From contig JAHPZA010000009.1 in the NCBI GenBank assembly GCA_019058445.1, positions 224,001 to 288,000 of the forward strand: 64,000 bases of DNA, in the 5' to 3' direction. Shown piece after piece: positions 1 to 9,856 of the stretch; position 1 is the stretch's first letter, and every line of letters begins with the position of its first letter. Origin of the DNA: Promethearchaeota archaeon (GTDB lineage Archaea > Asgardarchaeota > Lokiarchaeia > Sigyniarchaeales > SOKP01). A program made the position numbers and the translations under genes. The notes beneath the pieces are model-generated. The model worked only from the letters and a program-made list of their open reading frames with translations, was not told the DNA's origin and ran no database searches.

Positions 1-127
1 CAACCAAAAAGAGATATTTAGAATTCGTTTTTCTTGACCGATAAATACTGATAACCCCCCACAATATCCCTAAAATTACCCAGACGATTACAGTTATTCC
101 ATTGATCAAACCTAGTAAGGAAATCAT
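1..127 (-). CDS. 5' part of a multi-TM membrane protein, paralog of the two adjacent 7TM genes (runs off window)
   Basis: Manual translation from ATG at 127 gives MISLLGLINGITVIVWVILGILWGVISIYRSRKTNSKYLFLV, which matches the N-termini of 1359..2402 and 5065..5772. Confidence 0.8.
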   Translation of the reverse strand, partial: MISLLGLINGITVIVWVILGILWGVISIYRSRKTNSKYLFLV

Positions 128-141
128 AATAAAACCATATT

Positions 142-1227
142 TTATTGTTTATTCTTTTTTTTTTTAGGTTTATGTTTAGACTGAGAGGAGTCTATAACAA
201 TATTCTCATCTTCTTGTTTAATAGGGCTAATGGGTTTTGAGTCATCTATAGGTCCGGAGCAAACCCAACACATATTTTCTAATTTTATTAATTCTTGTGC
301 ACATTTTTCACAGTATATAGATTTACATTGAGGACAAATGAACACATCGTTAAACCCCAACATTTTAGCTTTACAAATTATGCAAAGCGTTTGTTCTCGA
401 AAGTATTGTATGTCCTGATCTGAAAGGTCATCTGGTCTTGAATATGACTCAAGAGTTGTCAGTAATGAAATTTTTGGCCCCTCAAATTCTGATTTTTCAA
501 TTTTACTTGTTGAGATTTCAACTTTCTCTTCTCTTATTCCGAAGTAAAAAACTATGGCACAGCTTAACTCTCCTATCCTTAGGAAAATAACATAAATACC
601 AGGAGCAGTTAAAATATCTATTGCACCTAAAGTAAGAAACGCTATAAATGCATATGATAAAATAATAAACTTTTTTCTAAGGATTCCAGTCGTTTGAATC
701 CCTATCACAAAAAATCCGATTCCAAACAATATAAAGGCTGATATAAATATAAAACTAAGAACTACAAAAATTATTGTACCATAAACCAAACTAGAATGAA
801 TAATTCCACCATCCAGTGTTGTGTATGATATTTTAAATGAATCTACTGGATCTAAAAAAAGTAATATTTCAAATACAATACTCAAAACAAGAAAAATTGG
901 TAAAATATACCATTTTTTCTCGGGAATCGTAACCTCAAAAATAATATACATTCCTAATATAATGGTAGGGCCAATCCAGATATACGTAAGAAGCGAGAAT
1001 AATCCGAAAGAATTATCCATATTACTTCCTGTTATGATAAGTGTTAAGAAGTCCAATATAGTGGCAAGATAGATTTGACTCAAAAATAAAATAATAAGGC
1101 CAAAATAATCTAAGATTTTCGCTTCCGTTTTTGTTGCTTTATACAGGGCATATAATCCCGTAATCACTCCTAAAGCATAATTTCCAATTGTGATGACCCC
1201 CTCAAGTAATACAAAGGACGATATCAT
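142..1227 (-). CDS. 7TM membrane protein with C-terminal Cys-rich (RING/C1-like) zinc finger
   Basis: About 7 hydrophobic segments, then CIICK...CPQCKSIYCEKC...CWVC. Confidence 0.8.
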   Translation of the reverse strand: MISSFVLLEGVITIGNYALGVITGLYALYKATKTEAKILDYFGLIILFLSQIYLATILDFLTLIITGSNMDNSFGLFSLLTYIWIGPTIILGMYIIFEVTIPEKKWYILPIFLVLSIVFEILLFLDPVDSFKISYTTLDGGIIHSSLVYGTIIFVVLSFIFISAFILFGIGFFVIGIQTTGILRKKFIILSYAFIAFLTLGAIDILTAPGIYVIFLRIGELSCAIVFYFGIREEKVEISTSKIEKSEFEGPKISLLTTLESYSRPDDLSDQDIQYFREQTLCIICKAKMLGFNDVFICPQCKSIYCEKCAQELIKLENMCWVCSGPIDDSKPISPIKQEDENIVIDSSQSKHKPKKKKNKQ

Positions 1228-1358
1228 TGATTTTCTCTCGTTTCGCGGAGTTTACCTTATTTTTCACTCCTATTGATTGTACTTAAGTTAATAATCTTAT
1301 TCAACATAAAAATATTATTTCTAAATCAATAATTCATATTGTTCTTCAGTTCAATAGA

Positions 1359-2402
1359 TTATTTCTTTTTCGCGGATTTAAAATCTTCTATTTCCTTTCT
1401 TTTAGGTGTTTTTATAGGTTTATTTTTATCGATAGCATTATTACATATCCAACATGCGTTCTCCAAATTAATCAGTGAACGAGCACACTTTTCACAATAT
1501 AAAGCTTTACAATCTGGACAAATATAAGTAAAACCTAACGCTTTTCCTTTGCAAACTAAACATATTGTTTGTTCTCTATAAAAAGTCACTTCTTCATCTG
1601 AAAGATGCTCATCGGTTAATTCTGTAAGCCTTTCTATTAAAGTGATATCTGCATCTTCGCCTATGGCCTGCTTATCAGATATTTCAACCGTTTTAATCTT
1701 TTCCTCCCTTAAGCCAAAATACCAAAACCATGAGCTACTTAGCATGCCAATTCTAACTAAAAATAGCCCAATTCCGGGGGATGTTAATGAATCTAATGCT
1801 CCTGCTGAAGCAAACATAATCCACCCTAACGAGAGATAAATAAATTTCCTCTTAATTATGCCGGTCGATTGAAAACTTTTATATAAAAATCCAAAACCAT
1901 TGAAGATCAACGCAGAGAGTAAGAAAAAGGCAATTAAGATAAATGTTGGAGAAGATCTATTGAAATTCACATCAATTATATCTTCTCCAGGATTAGTAGG
2001 GAGTCTAAAAATAAAAGAATTATTTATATCTAGAAATAAAAACAATTCAAAAACAATTCCTATAATAGTATATATCAATACGATAAGCTTTTTTTTCTCA
2101 GGAAGAAGAATTTCGGCTCCTAAATAAAAACCGAAAATTACCGCTGGAGCAACCCACATATAACATAAAATGGCATATAGCTGGTAAGGTTTTAAATTCT
2201 CTCCGGTAATTATAATAGCTATAAAATCAATAAATTGGCCCAAATACAAAAGACTGACAAAAATTGTTAATATTCCTGTATATAATAAAAGCTTGGCATT
2301 CGATTGTTTAGATTTATATATAAAATACAGTCCAAATATGCAACCAGAAATAACTACACCCGATCCTGTAAGGCTATTTAGCCATCCAATAGGAGAAAGC
2401 AT
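1359..2402 (-). CDS. 7TM membrane protein with C-terminal Cys-rich zinc finger (paralog)
   Basis: Same architecture; CLVCK...CPDCKALYCEKC...CWIC. Confidence 0.8.
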   Translation of the reverse strand: MLSPIGWLNSLTGSGVVISGCIFGLYFIYKSKQSNAKLLLYTGILTIFVSLLYLGQFIDFIAIIITGENLKPYQLYAILCYMWVAPAVIFGFYLGAEILLPEKKKLIVLIYTIIGIVFELFLFLDINNSFIFRLPTNPGEDIIDVNFNRSSPTFILIAFFLLSALIFNGFGFLYKSFQSTGIIKRKFIYLSLGWIMFASAGALDSLTSPGIGLFLVRIGMLSSSWFWYFGLREEKIKTVEISDKQAIGEDADITLIERLTELTDEHLSDEEVTFYREQTICLVCKGKALGFTYICPDCKALYCEKCARSLINLENACWICNNAIDKNKPIKTPKRKEIEDFKSAKKK

Positions 2403-2589
2403 CTAGAAATTCAGCCTCCATAAAGATTTTTAACAAAATATTATTGAATTGGAAATCTCTTATTAAATCTTAAAATAATATAATTTAATTTAATATAATC
2501 TTCTTTTAGTTCTAAGATTTAAAAAGATTATTGACCTAAATGTAGAAAATTTGTTATTATAGCTATTACTATTGGAATGGAAAATAGAA

Positions 2590-2751
2590 CTAGTCAATTT
2601 TTATCCAATGCCTACATACTTTACATTGGAGTATTTTAATGAATGCTTTCGAATTTTTTATCGCAAGCAACCTCTCAACCATTACACTACCGCACTTATC
2701 ACATCTATCCAATAATATCTTGGTCTGAGACTTTGTTTTTTGTGCGGCCAT
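2590..2751 (-). CDS. 53-aa zinc-ribbon protein (below ORF-track cutoff)
   Basis: Manual translation MAAQKTKSQTKILLDRCDKCGSVMVERLLAIKNSKAFIKILQCKVCRHWIKID*, with two CxxC pairs. Confidence 0.75.
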   Translation of the reverse strand: MAAQKTKSQTKILLDRCDKCGSVMVERLLAIKNSKAFIKILQCKVCRHWIKID

Positions 2752-2965
2752 AGCATTCAACTTCCGTGAACTAACTAAATATTTTTTAAAAAATTCGATT
2801 TTGTATGTTTTTATACCTAGAGTATATAAAAATAATAGGTCTCCATTTATTTAAATGTTTGTTTGATCAAAGAATTTGTAAATTTTAGCGGTTAAATCGT
2901 AAAGAAATTTGCCTTATTTAACCGACATATTCTTTTAGCACAGATTACTTAATCGTATTGGATTA

Positions 2966-3254
2966 ATATTACCTCTATTCTCTATTTTATTGGATTTTTA
3001 TATTCATAATTTTTTAATGCTCTCTTACGGTAAACTATCATAAACATTTTATTCAGGACTGGCACCATAACACATAAGATCAAATCAATTAAGATTACTT
3101 GTGTAAAATCTAAACGAATTAATTCTATATCCTCATCATCACCATGCTTAATCACAGTCTCTGCTCTCTCGGAATCCTCGTTAAAATTATTCAATAAGCT
3201 ATTATTCATACGTATGATATAAAAATCCAATAAAATAGAGAATAGAGGTAATAT
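2966..3254. repeat. 38-bp perfect inverted repeat (arms 2966..3003 and 3217..3254, 213-bp spacer)
   Basis: ATATTACCTCTATTCTCTATTTTATTGGATTTTTATAT at 2966 and its exact reverse complement at 3217. Confidence 0.95.
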
Positions 3255-3453
3255 ACTCCTCCTCGGGATACTGTCGTCCCAGTTGGAAGGTCTCAAGTAA
3301 AGTACGCAATTGATCTTTTCGGACCAAAAGATATAAATACACTAAAACTACTACAAGCAATCCAAGAAATGCGATAAAACTAAATAAAAGAGAAATAGCA
3401 CTGGCTATGATAAACTCAAAAAACATCATCCTACAGTATAATTTTAAATCCAT
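2982..3453 (-). pseudogene. Probable frameshifted membrane-protein gene (ORFs 3202..3453 and 2982..3296)
   Basis: Two overlapping same-strand ORFs. Removing one T from the T5 run near 3221-3225 gives continuous ...ITSILYFIGFYIIRMNNSLL... Confidence 0.5.
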
Positions 3454-3497
3454 ATTTCTCCCAAATATTAAAAGCGTGTTTAATAATTTGACTATTC

Positions 3498-4229
3498 TTA
3501 ATGGGCTTCATCATCTAAATTAAACCAGCAATCTATTGTAGCGTTTTTGGTACGCTTTAACGTTAATCTTTTAGGATTCCGGGGTTTCCAACGTAATCGC
3601 CTATCTTCTGGAAGATCAGGATGTTTAATAAGGATATACTCAATATATCGCTCCCCATCGTTTATCAATACCAAGACAAATTTGGACGAAAAAGGAACTT
3701 TGTCGCTTTCTATGTTAAAAGTAGTATCTTTACTTAAAGGATGAGTTAATATAAAAATCGGAGCTGATTTGATCAGTATTTCATTGAGCCCTTCTATCAC
3801 TTGGATTTGTTCCTCAAGAGTTTTTTTCTCGCTGCTCTGAAACAAGATATTTATGCCTGAGACCATGACCATCTTGAAATGTTCAAGCTTGGCAAGTCGA
3901 TTCTCAAACAGCTCGATCATTTGATCATATGTGCCCACGCAGGCAATAATGATGTTTTCTAAGACTTTTGTTGGGGAAAGCTTTTGGGTGACAGCATATT
4001 TGCTTACTTTGTTGGGATTAAACCGATTATTCCCATCAATAAACACAACTTTTGTTTTCCCGCTAGGATTGCTAGAATCCAACGATATCTGAGCTTTCAC
4101 AGCAGTTTTTAACAGAATATTTGATGTTACCCTTTTATCTCCGAATAGTAAATATGTTAAATCTTTCTGAAATCCTCCGCCTAATAATTCATCGAGCGTA
4201 TTATCTCCACTTGATATAAAGTTTACCAT
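3498..4229 (-). CDS. RadA/Rad51-like RecA-fold paralog with degenerate Walker A
   Basis: ISSGDNTLDELLGGG and VVFIDGNNRFNP motifs; the Walker A position reads GDKRVTSN (no GKT). Confidence 0.8.
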   Translation of the reverse strand: MVNFISSGDNTLDELLGGGFQKDLTYLLFGDKRVTSNILLKTAVKAQISLDSSNPSGKTKVVFIDGNNRFNPNKVSKYAVTQKLSPTKVLENIIIACVGTYDQMIELFENRLAKLEHFKMVMVSGINILFQSSEKKTLEEQIQVIEGLNEILIKSAPIFILTHPLSKDTTFNIESDKVPFSSKFVLVLINDGERYIEYILIKHPDLPEDRRLRWKPRNPKRLTLKRTKNATIDCWFNLDDEAH

Positions 4230-4426
4230 AACCTAGTAGAATTTTGTCCTTTTTTTCTAAATTATTTTAGGTGGTCTAATAATTTAAATTTTTTTCATAA
4301 TCACACAACAGAATCTAATGTTAATTTATATCCCTCGGATAGAATCTACCGTTGATGTTCTATAAGAAAATCAAAGTAGTTTTTTATGAAATTAAGAATT
4401 ATTATCCTTTAGTAAGGTGAGAAAAA

Positions 4427-4984
4427 ACGGATTTTAAAGAAGCTTTAGATACCCTAGGTGAAGAAATAAGTCGTAATTCAGTTTTTATAAGCGAAGTTAT
4501 AGAAACTCTGAATTTGAATAAGAATATGAAAATTTTAGATATTGGAACAGGTCGAGGAACAATGGCAATCATGCTTGCCCTAAAAGGATATCATGTCATT
4601 ACAGGGGAACCAGAGGGTCATGACTGGGCAGACTGGCGTAGTTCAGCGAAAAAAGTAGGTGTTGAAAATTTAATCACTTTTAAACATCTAAACGCGGAGC
4701 AATTACCATTTTCTAATTCGGAATTTGATGCGATTTTTGTGTATGTCTCCTTTCACCATATAAATGATAAAATTTCTGCTTTAAAAGAGTTTTTTCGGGT
4801 GGCTAAACAACATGGAATTATAGTTATATTCGAACTTACTCCCGAAGGTGTTGAGGAAGTTCGGATGTCATTTCCTTCTCATGCGAACGCAGTAGATCCC
4901 AGAGATTACACAAAAAACACGTCATATTCTTTGAATATAATTGAGCATGGCAATATAAATGCCTATATTTATAAAAAGAGTTAA
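4427..4984 (+). CDS. Class I SAM-dependent methyltransferase (start uncertain: ACG at 4427 or TTG at 4514)
   Basis: ILDIGTGRG motif I and LPFSNSEFDAI; frame is open back to 4421 behind SD-like AAGGTGA. Confidence 0.85.
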   Translation, partial: TDFKEALDTLGEEISRNSVFISEVIETLNLNKNMKILDIGTGRGTMAIMLALKGYHVITGEPEGHDWADWRSSAKKVGVENLITFKHLNAEQLPFSNSEFDAIFVYVSFHHINDKISALKEFFRVAKQHGIIVIFELTPEGVEEVRMSFPSHANAVDPRDYTKNTSYSLNIIEHGNINAYIYKKS

Positions 4985-5064
4985 AAAAAAATTTATGGAT
5001 ATAAGACATTTTTGTTTTAATTCGTCAATAGTTTCCCTTTTTCAATTAATGTAATTATAAGTTT

Positions 5065-5772
5065 TTAGGATTTTTCTCTAAAACCGAAATACATTATCCA
5101 AAAGCCAACAATTTCGGGAATTCTAACAAAGATTAGTCCAATACCTGGTGTAGTTAGTCCATCTAAACCCGCAAATATAATATATAGAAACATTCCAATT
5201 GATATTGCTAAGAACTTCTTTCTTGTATCTCCTGCGGTTTTAAGTGCTTGATATAAAAATCCAAAACCGAGAAAAATTAAACCAGAAATTGCAAAAACAA
5301 GTACTAAAATACCAGCAGGAGAGGTAAGCGCAACGCTGTCATCAATTAAATCTTCACCTGATTTTTCGGGATAAATATATGAAAAAGAATTCTCATCTAA
5401 AAATATAAATAATTCAAAAATTACGCCTAAAATACTATATACAATCAGAATATATCTCTTTTTTTCCGGCATTAATAGTTCAGCACCTAAGTACAATGCA
5501 AATATGATAGTAAACGGCAACCACACAAAACTCAACTTAGGGATTTGTCCGTAGCTATTATCCAAATTTTTCCCCGTAATAAGAATATGTATGAAATCAA
5601 AACAGGGACCTAACATCCCGAGACCTGAACAGATGGCAGCTAAACCTAAATACAAGAGAAGTTTAGCATCTTTCGTTCTCGATTTGTAAATGCAGACTAT
5701 TCCAAATATGCAACCACTAAGAAGTACACATAATGCTGTGCTCCCGTTAATCCAACCTACATTAGATAACAT
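5065..5772 (-). CDS. 7TM membrane protein, same family but without zinc finger
   Basis: Clear similarity to the TM region of 1359..2402 (GEDLID, GFGFLY, LDGLTTPGIG). Confidence 0.8.
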   Translation of the reverse strand: MLSNVGWINGSTALCVLLSGCIFGIVCIYKSRTKDAKLLLYLGLAAICSGLGMLGPCFDFIHILITGKNLDNSYGQIPKLSFVWLPFTIIFALYLGAELLMPEKKRYILIVYSILGVIFELFIFLDENSFSYIYPEKSGEDLIDDSVALTSPAGILVLVFAISGLIFLGFGFLYQALKTAGDTRKKFLAISIGMFLYIIFAGLDGLTTPGIGLIFVRIPEIVGFWIMYFGFREKS

Positions 5773-5935
5773 TTTGAATTTACCCTTTTTAGAAATACTT
5801 ATTTTTTTATTACTATTAAAGATATACTTTATTTTTGTTTAAATATGTTTTCACTCGAGTATTAGAATATAGTTTCTACTTTAATAAAACTAATTTAATA
5901 AAAATGAATTAATCAAAATACTCTTGAACTGCAAT

Positions 5936-6259
5936 TTATTCTAATCTCTGAATTTTGAAATACACAGGCCTAAACCAATCACTACAAGAGGAGATAATGG
6001 TTCCCTTTTGTTTCATACCTATCATATTTCCTCCAGAGGCAATGAGATTAATATCATTGCGTATATCCGCCCAAGCCCAATCACAAAATTCATCAGGAAC
6101 TTTAGCTAAATTAGGATCAATAATGAATTCTTGACCTTCTGTAAAGCGCTCACATTTATTCATTTCCTTATATTTCTCAACGACATACTCATCAATTAAA
6201 TCTTTATTTAGCATTCTTTTAATGATTGTAATTTTACATTTTGGCATCATATCTGACAT
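5936..6259 (-). CDS. TIGR04076-family small protein
   Basis: CERFTEGQEF, FCDWAW and CSDWFRPVYFKI motifs. Confidence 0.75.
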   Translation of the reverse strand: MSDMMPKCKITIIKRMLNKDLIDEYVVEKYKEMNKCERFTEGQEFIIDPNLAKVPDEFCDWAWADIRNDINLIASGGNMIGMKQKGTIISSCSDWFRPVYFKIQRLE

Positions 6260-6351
6260 ATTAAAATAACCTTTATGGAGTTATAATATAAATAAGTTAT
6301 TTCATAGTATATTAAGTATTTCTATAGGACAAGTAGGTTTGAATTTTCAAT

Positions 6352-6885
6352 CTAAATATATCCAATTTCTTTTAAGATTAATAGGGTTAATAATTTAAAA
6401 ATTAGTTCTACGTTCTCTCCAGTTTTTGAAGAGCACTCAATAACAGTGAAAACATCCTTAGAAAGAGCAAAATTAAATGCTTCCTCATAGAAAATACCTC
6501 GCTTATGGTCTAAATCTATTTTACCCCCTATCATAATGATCGGAATCGGATTTGATTTATAGTCTATTCCTTTTCGAAATACATTCATCCATGTATCGAA
6601 ATCCATTAAAGTACTATATCTAGTAATATCATACATAAAAATCCCAGCAAAAGATCCTCTGGCATAAGCGGGTAAGAAAAACCTAAAACGTTCTTCACCT
6701 CCAAAATCCCAAATCTGGAGAGTCACAGCCCAATCCCTGATTTTTATGAATTTAGTTGCAATATCCACTCCAATTGTCATTTTAGTGCTTGTATTAAAAC
6801 GACCGCTAACATATCTTTGTGTCAGTGTGGTTTTTCCTACACCTCCATCTCCAAAAAGGCATACTTTAAATGTAGCAGTCTTCAT
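6352..6885 (-). CDS. Rab-like small GTPase
   Basis: GDGGVGKT, TIGVD, WDFGGEERF, GGKID, SSK. Confidence 0.95.
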   Translation of the reverse strand: MKTATFKVCLFGDGGVGKTTLTQRYVSGRFNTSTKMTIGVDIATKFIKIRDWAVTLQIWDFGGEERFRFFLPAYARGSFAGIFMYDITRYSTLMDFDTWMNVFRKGIDYKSNPIPIIMIGGKIDLDHKRGIFYEEAFNFALSKDVFTVIECSSKTGENVELIFKLLTLLILKEIGYI

Positions 6886-7063
6886 TTTACTCTTTTCTCA
6901 ATCTTTCCCAATTATTAGATTAATTATTTTCCATACTTTCGTATAAATTATGATTTATAATTCATTTAAAATTTACTTATACTTTTTTAAAAAATTCTAA
7001 AAAAAATCTAAGAACCTAATATTCAAGGCAAAACGGTTAGGTAAATAAAGCTTCAAAATGAAT

Positions 7064-7600
7064 TTAAAATAAGTGACCCACATCTTTCATTATGAGATGA
7101 GTGATTTCTGTAAAGATTGATTCTACATTTAAGCCAGTTTTAGCTGAACATTCAATAACTTTATATATATGGCGTGATTGCGCAAAATTAAATGCTTGTT
7201 CCAAAGAAATCGCACGTCTTTCCACAAGATCTAATTTTCCACCGACCATTAAGATAGGAATAGGTTTTTGATCATATCCACATCCTCTCTTAAACACGGT
7301 TAACCATTCATCGAAATCCATAATAGAGCTATAACGCGATATATCATACATATAAATCCCCCCAAAAGATCCTCGAGCATATGCTGGTAAGAAAAATCTG
7401 AAACGTTCTTCACCTCCAAAATCCCATATCTGGAGTGTTACTTGCCAATCTTCTATTTGTACTTGTTTTGTCACTATATCAACACCAATCGTCATTTTAG
7501 TGCTCTGAGTGAATTGGCCTGAGACATATCTTTGAACAAGAGTAGTCTTTCCTACCCCACCGTCTCCAAAAATGCAGATTTTGAAAGTTGCAGTTCGCAT
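7064..7600 (-). CDS. Rab-like small GTPase (tandem paralog)
   Basis: GDGGVGKT, TIGVD, WDFGGEERF, GGKLD, SAK. Confidence 0.95.
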   Translation of the reverse strand: MRTATFKICIFGDGGVGKTTLVQRYVSGQFTQSTKMTIGVDIVTKQVQIEDWQVTLQIWDFGGEERFRFFLPAYARGSFGGIYMYDISRYSSIMDFDEWLTVFKRGCGYDQKPIPILMVGGKLDLVERRAISLEQAFNFAQSRHIYKVIECSAKTGLNVESIFTEITHLIMKDVGHLF

Positions 7601-7764
7601 GTTTTTAAATGAATTTCCTTTCTTATTTAAAGATTGAATTTGTATAAAAAATTATGTATAAGTTAATTTTAATTATCTCTTTTTTAAATTTATTTCCAAA
7701 TTTGTCACGTGAATAAAATTCCCTTTATCTTCTTTTGAGTTTTCATGAGGATTGATTGAAATTT

Positions 7765-9669
7765 CTATAAATTCTTTATTAACCAAATAGGACTTGACCA
7801 GGCCATATTATTATTAATAAGAAAAACTCGAATATAGTAAAAAATAAAAATTTCGTTTTTTTGAGAGTGTTTAAGAGCTATAGCATTAAAAGAATCATTA
7901 TCAATAAACTCATGCGTAATTGCTTCATTGTGGGTTGTTATAAGATCGATTACAGAATTATTTCTAATTATTTCGATTTTTTTGATAGGAATAGGACTTA
8001 ACAAGAAAAGTGTCAATTTTCTCTCGGAATTCATATGGGGAATATTTGTTAAATCTATGATATCTCCCATAAAATAGTCATTTACATAGAATTGAATGAT
8101 TACTCGGGGGCCTGTTGTCCCATAGCACTTTCGATCATGAAGTGCTTTCCATAAAGATTCTTTCGTGAGATTTTCAGCCCATACTGCCATAATTCCAGGG
8201 GGGTATATCCCATTATCGGGATCAATCGAACCCGAGGGATAAATCCCGAAATGATCATCGCCTCCTGCCACAAAACCTAATTTATATCCTCGTTCAAGAG
8301 CATCTGAAACAAAGGAATCCCTTTTTTCTAAAATAGCGCCTCTCTTTCTGGCATATTTTCCGTTCCCGAAAAACTTATACCTAGGGGGTAAAGGATTACC
8401 TTTTTTGGAGGGATATTCTTGATTCCCCCAAGTTGAGTAGATTTCTACTAATTTCTCAAGAGAATTATCGAAAGATTGCCAGTTACGATAGCCCGGTCTT
8501 AATGCCGTATGGTGAGCAATCATCAAGATTTTTCCATTATATTTTTTTAAATTTTTTATCAATTTTCGGGTCGAATTAAATTTATTCAAATCTGACCTAA
8601 AAACAGGTATGTTATCGTCGAGATTATATATACAAATGTCTCCATGCCCTCCACTATACCAACTTCCATATTCATATCCGAAAAATGAAACAAATTCATG
8701 ATCCTTATGATATTTTTTGACATTTTGTTTTATCTCCTCAAAATCCTCATCAGAGGTTTCCCATACATGATCATGTTCAGTAACTGTCCCAAAATCTAAT
8801 CCTGCGTTCAATATATTGTCATAATATTCATGCAACTCCCTAATGCCATCACTTTTGAGGGAATGACCATGGATATACCCCCAATATAATTTTCTTTCCA
8901 AAAGTTTTTCTTTACAAATAATGGGATTCGATCTAAAAAATTTATTATTGTATAACGCCTCAAGATGAAAGATTCCAGATTTTGAAAGCTTAAGTCCCTC
9001 TATTCTCAAAATTCCTTTATTTTCTTTCTTAAATTCAACTTCTCGTAATAAATTCCTTTTATTAGGACTTACTACCTCATAGATTTGAATATTATTTTCA
9101 AAATTTTTCACAAGATTTTTGAATCTATCTTCAATTCGAATTAGTAATTTAAATTCTTCATTAACAACAATATTAGACGGACAAATTAAAGTAATATGAT
9201 TAAATTCACCGTTAATGACTTCGATTGTAGGAGATTTATTTAGTTGTATGGGTTGTTGCTTTTTGGTAGGAAATTCAACTAAGATATCAATTTTTTTTTT
9301 TTCCTCTACTAAAGATTGAACTAACGTATTGTAAATTTTGAGTCGAAATGGAGTATTTTTCTTTATACCTTTTTCCTCACAAATTAGATATTTAATGTAC
9401 AAGTCTTTACCAGTAATAAGTATCGGTTTTAATTTAGTAGGTTCGTCTATACTTAATACTGTATATCCATTTGAATTGGCATTATAGGGTTGTAAACAAT
9501 ACCAATCATTCTTATTGTTTCTGCCACCTCGAAGTCGAACAATGAGAGATGAATCTTTTGGAAGGGTAAAATTTAACGAAAAATTAATTGAGAGGTTTGA
9601 AAAAGTTCTTACTCTCACTTTGGTAGGCTCAATTTTAAAGAGTTCTAAGGTAAACTGATTTTCAGACAT
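7765..9669 (-). CDS. DUF3604-like PHP-fold metallohydrolase
   Basis: YWGYIHGHS..SDG, TEHD, VEIYSTWG, GFVAGGDDH, YGTTG, WSSPIW. Confidence 0.8.
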   Translation of the reverse strand: MSENQFTLELFKIEPTKVRVRTFSNLSINFSLNFTLPKDSSLIVRLRGGRNNKNDWYCLQPYNANSNGYTVLSIDEPTKLKPILITGKDLYIKYLICEEKGIKKNTPFRLKIYNTLVQSLVEEKKKIDILVEFPTKKQQPIQLNKSPTIEVINGEFNHITLICPSNIVVNEEFKLLIRIEDRFKNLVKNFENNIQIYEVVSPNKRNLLREVEFKKENKGILRIEGLKLSKSGIFHLEALYNNKFFRSNPIICKEKLLERKLYWGYIHGHSLKSDGIRELHEYYDNILNAGLDFGTVTEHDHVWETSDEDFEEIKQNVKKYHKDHEFVSFFGYEYGSWYSGGHGDICIYNLDDNIPVFRSDLNKFNSTRKLIKNLKKYNGKILMIAHHTALRPGYRNWQSFDNSLEKLVEIYSTWGNQEYPSKKGNPLPPRYKFFGNGKYARKRGAILEKRDSFVSDALERGYKLGFVAGGDDHFGIYPSGSIDPDNGIYPPGIMAVWAENLTKESLWKALHDRKCYGTTGPRVIIQFYVNDYFMGDIIDLTNIPHMNSERKLTLFLLSPIPIKKIEIIRNNSVIDLITTHNEAITHEFIDNDSFNAIALKHSQKNEIFIFYYIRVFLINNNMAWSSPIWLIKNL

Positions 9670-9856
9670 TATTCTTTATTTTAAATGAAATAATTATACA
9701 TTAATTACTTTTGTTAAATCTATATGGCATAAACTTATAAGGATTAGACACGGTATTTTGCATATAACTCTTAAAAATGATCGAATAACAAAAATTGTAC
9801 TATTAAAAATTTATAATACAAAGTAAAATATCATACATAAGAGTAGTTAAGGTTGA

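Noticed and set aside
3240-3295. GGGAC...ATCCC hairpin near the frameshift as a second BHB intron
   Set aside because: Could not build a 4-bp central helix with two 3-nt bulges.
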